Shown one piece after another: positions 61,786 to 64,000 of a DNA stretch of 64,000 nt. The first letter of the stretch is position 1. Every line of letters starts with the position of its first letter. Where the stretch lies: positions 1,240,001 through 1,304,000 of the forward strand of contig NC_043024.1 of assembly GCF_006345805.1 (NCBI RefSeq), written 5' to 3'. Source of the stretch: Octopus sinensis. Taxonomy: Eukaryota. A model generated the notes under the pieces. It saw nothing but the letters and a program-made list of their open reading frames with translations, ran no database searches and was not told the origin of the DNA. Position numbers and translations under genes: made by a program.

Positions 61786-62045
61786 CAATGAGCTGGCAGA
61801 ATCGTTAGCACGCCGGGCAAAATGCTTAGCAGTATTTTGTCTGTCTTCGCGTTCTGGGTTCAAATCCTGCAGAGGTCAACTTTGCCTTTCATCCTTTCAG
61901 GGTCAATAAATTAAGTACCAGTGCAACACTGGGATCAATGGAATCATCTAGTTTCCTCTCCCAAAATCTCAGGCCTTGTGCCTTTAGTAGAAAGGATTAT
62001 TATTATTATTATTATTTTATTTTTTTTATTATTATTATTATTTTA

Positions 62046-62076
<31 letters not shown>

Positions 62077-62127
62077 TTATTATTATTATTATTATTTTTA
62101 TTATTATTTTTTATTATTATTATATTA

Positions 62128-62158
<31 letters not shown>

Positions 62159-62195
62159 TTATTTTATTTTTTTTATTATTATATTATTATTATTA

Positions 62196-62227
<32 letters not shown>

Positions 62228-62680
62228 CATTATTATTATTATTATTATTAGGCAGTGAGCTGGCAGAATTGTTAGCATGCTTGGCAGTATTTCATTTGTC
62301 TTTAGGTTCTGAGTTCAAATCCCGCTGAGGTCGACTTTGCCTTTCACCTTTTTGGGGTTGATAAAATAAGTACCAGTTGAGCACTGGGGTTGATGTAATT
62401 GACCCACGCCTTCCCACCAAAATTTCAAGCCTAAAGCAGAAGGGATTGTTGTTGTTTTTGTTGATTATATTAAAAGAAATCATTATCGTTGTTGTTGTTG
62501 TTGTTATAATCATTATTATTATTATTATTTTTCCGCCGAGGTTGACTTTGCCACTCATCCTTTCAAGGTTGATGAAATAAATACCAGTTATACACTGGGG
62601 TCAATGTAATCGACTCAGCCCCCTCCCCCAAAGATGCTGTCCTCGTGGCAAAATCTGAAACCATTATTATTATTATTAAT
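61786..62680 (+). repeat. Chain of three family B SINE copies interleaved with long (TAT)n/(GTT)n arrays, ending ~55 nt before the RRM2 exon
   Basis: Copies at about 61786-62000, 62252-62460 and 62535-62665, with a 250-bp (TAT)n array at 62000-62250. Confidence 0.85.
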
Positions 62681-62738
62681 TAATTCTCGTTTCATTTCCT
62701 CTTTTCCCCACCATTTTCCTCTTTTGTCTACTTTGCAG

Positions 62739-62958
62739 CAACAAGAGCAAGATCCGACCAATTTGTATATTGCCAATCTTCCGCCATATTTCACCGAAGA
62801 ACACCTGGAGAATTTGTTCAAGGAATATGGAACTGTGATTTCGACAAGGATTTTACGGAAATTGGACGGCCAGAGTAGAGGGGTGGGATTTGCACGGATG
62901 GAGAGCAAAGAGAAATGTGAACAGATTATTCAAAACTTTAATTCCAAAATTTTGGCAG
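62739..62958 (+). CDS. shep: shep/RBMS coding exon, RRM2: [73 protein letters not shown](G)
   Basis: A long pyrimidine tract and TTTGCAG acceptor end at 62738, and donor CAG|GTAAGC starts at 62959 (220 nt, phase 0 to phase 1). [16 protein letters not shown] and [10 protein letters not shown] are hallmark RBMS/shep residues. Confidence 0.97.
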
Positions 62959-63148
62959 GTAAGCATATCTTTTGTTGTTATCGTTGTTGTTGTTGTTGTT
63001 GATGATGATGGTGATTAATTATGGAATGCCAGTTCGCAGTATTGTTGCTTCCGTCTTTTACCGGTAGCAGGAATTAAACTGGAGATTGTAAACCAAGGAA
63101 TCACTCCTCCATTTCACTTCGCTTTCACTGCTGACACCTGTAGCTTTG

Positions 63149-63278
63149 TACGAGGGGCTGCTGAAAAATTCCTGGCTTTAAAGGTATCACGAAAGGCCTG
63201 GTTGGAGGCCCAACCTTCTGAGTTCTTTTATAGGCCTTAGAAAAGCAGAAGGACTGCTGCAATAAGTGTGTGAATCTG
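63149..63278 (+). mobile_element. Mariner-derived MITE 5' part, truncated by a SINE insertion
   Basis: Has the TIR TACGAGGGGCTGCTGAAAAATTCCTGGCTTTA and encodes a frameshifted GLEKQKDCCNKCVNL. Confidence 0.75.
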
Positions 63279-63575
63279 GAGACACATGGCCTAGTGGTTA
63301 GAGCAGCGGACTCGCGGTCAAGGGATCGCGGGTTCAAATCTCAGACCGGGCGATGTGTGTGTTTATGAGTGAAACACCTAAGCTCCATGCGGCTCCGGCA
63401 GAAGGTAATGGCAAACTTCTGCTGACTCTTTCGCCACAGATTTCTCTCACTCTTTCCTCCTGCACCTTGCAGCTCACCTGTGACAGACCAGCGCCCTGTC
63501 CAGGTGGGGAACCTATACGCCAAGGAAACTGGCCCTGTGAGCCAGGCGTGGCGCGAGAAGGAACAAACAACAAAC
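63279..63575 (+). mobile_element. tRNA-derived SINE of a further family (V-SINE-like central domain)
   Basis: A-box TGGCCTAGTGG and B-box GGTTCAAATC are present, with internal GTGACAGACCAGCGCCCTGTCCAGG reminiscent of the V domain and a (CAAA)n tail. There is no complete tRNA cloverleaf, so it is not a tRNA gene. Confidence 0.7.
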
Positions 63576-63995
63576 ATCATATTTTATACTTTTCATCCCC
63601 AGGCACAAAGCCACTTTCTTCTTCAATGCTAGTCTCTCCACACCACCATCATCCATCGGCTGAAGGTCCTGCCTTGCAAAATTATTTGGGTAAACCTCAC
63701 TAGTGCTGGTGCCACATAAAAAGCACCCAACACTTTCCGTTCAGTGGTTTGCATTAGAAAGGGGCACCCAGCTGTAGAAACCATACCAAAGCAGACAACT
63801 GGGGCCTGGAACAGCCCCTTTGGCTTGTCAGCCCTTGTCAATCTGTTCAACCCATGGCAGCATTCAAAATAAATGTTAAATGGTAGTGGCAATGTTGATG
63901 ATGATGATGGCAGTGATGATGATGATGATGAAGAAGAGTGACTGATATTTGTATTTTTTTTCTTCAAAACCTTTTTTTGTCTTTGTCTTTAACAG

Positions 63996-64000
63996 GTGGC
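63996..64000 (+). CDS. shep: First 5 nt of the next shep exon (completes Gly, then Gly), running out of the window
   Basis: A pyrimidine tract CTTTTTTTGTCTTTGTCTTTAACAG ends at 63995. Phase 1 joins GCA G|GT GGC to give ...ILAGG, the position where shep continues toward KDPLLVKFADG. Confidence 0.7.

Overview
This is an AT-rich, microsatellite- and retroposon-dense animal genomic window. The repeat families look like those of Octopus (recognised from memory, not searched). One protein-coding gene is supported, on the + strand: an alan shepard (shep)/RBMS1-2-3 (MSSP) family double-RRM RNA-binding protein. Its exons are 28735-28895, 29857-29915, 36567-36658 and 62739-62958, plus the first 5 nt of the next exon at 63996. 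All junctions are GT-AG and frame-consistent. The true 5' end and the 3' exons lie outside the window or are unrecognised. The rest is intronic: three abundant SINE-like families, decayed RTE, CR1, R4/Dong-like and Penelope fragments, mariner, piggyBac and hAT MITEs, two non-autonomous Helitrons and long (TA)/(CA)/(ATT) arrays. Almost all ORFs in the supplied track are microsatellite or repeat artefacts. The most interesting signals are: (1) a complete recursive-splice-site architecture at 893-968 with a 36-nt cryptic exon; (2) a 3.5-kb nest at 38.2-41.7 kb of Penelope-like pieces carrying several minimal hammerhead ribozyme motifs, one in sense orientation inside a 75-bp hairpin where a single A-to-I edit would repair its stem II; (3) several candidate cassette or alternative first exons in the 26-kb intron between RRM1 and RRM2; (4) an RRM1-only 312-nt phase-0 exon block bracketed by inverted SINEs, a circRNA candidate; (5) unusually long target-site duplications and a local inverted templated duplication. 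All functional readings are inferences that need RNA-seq, comparative or biochemical tests. No CRISPR array, rRNA or intact tRNA gene is supported.
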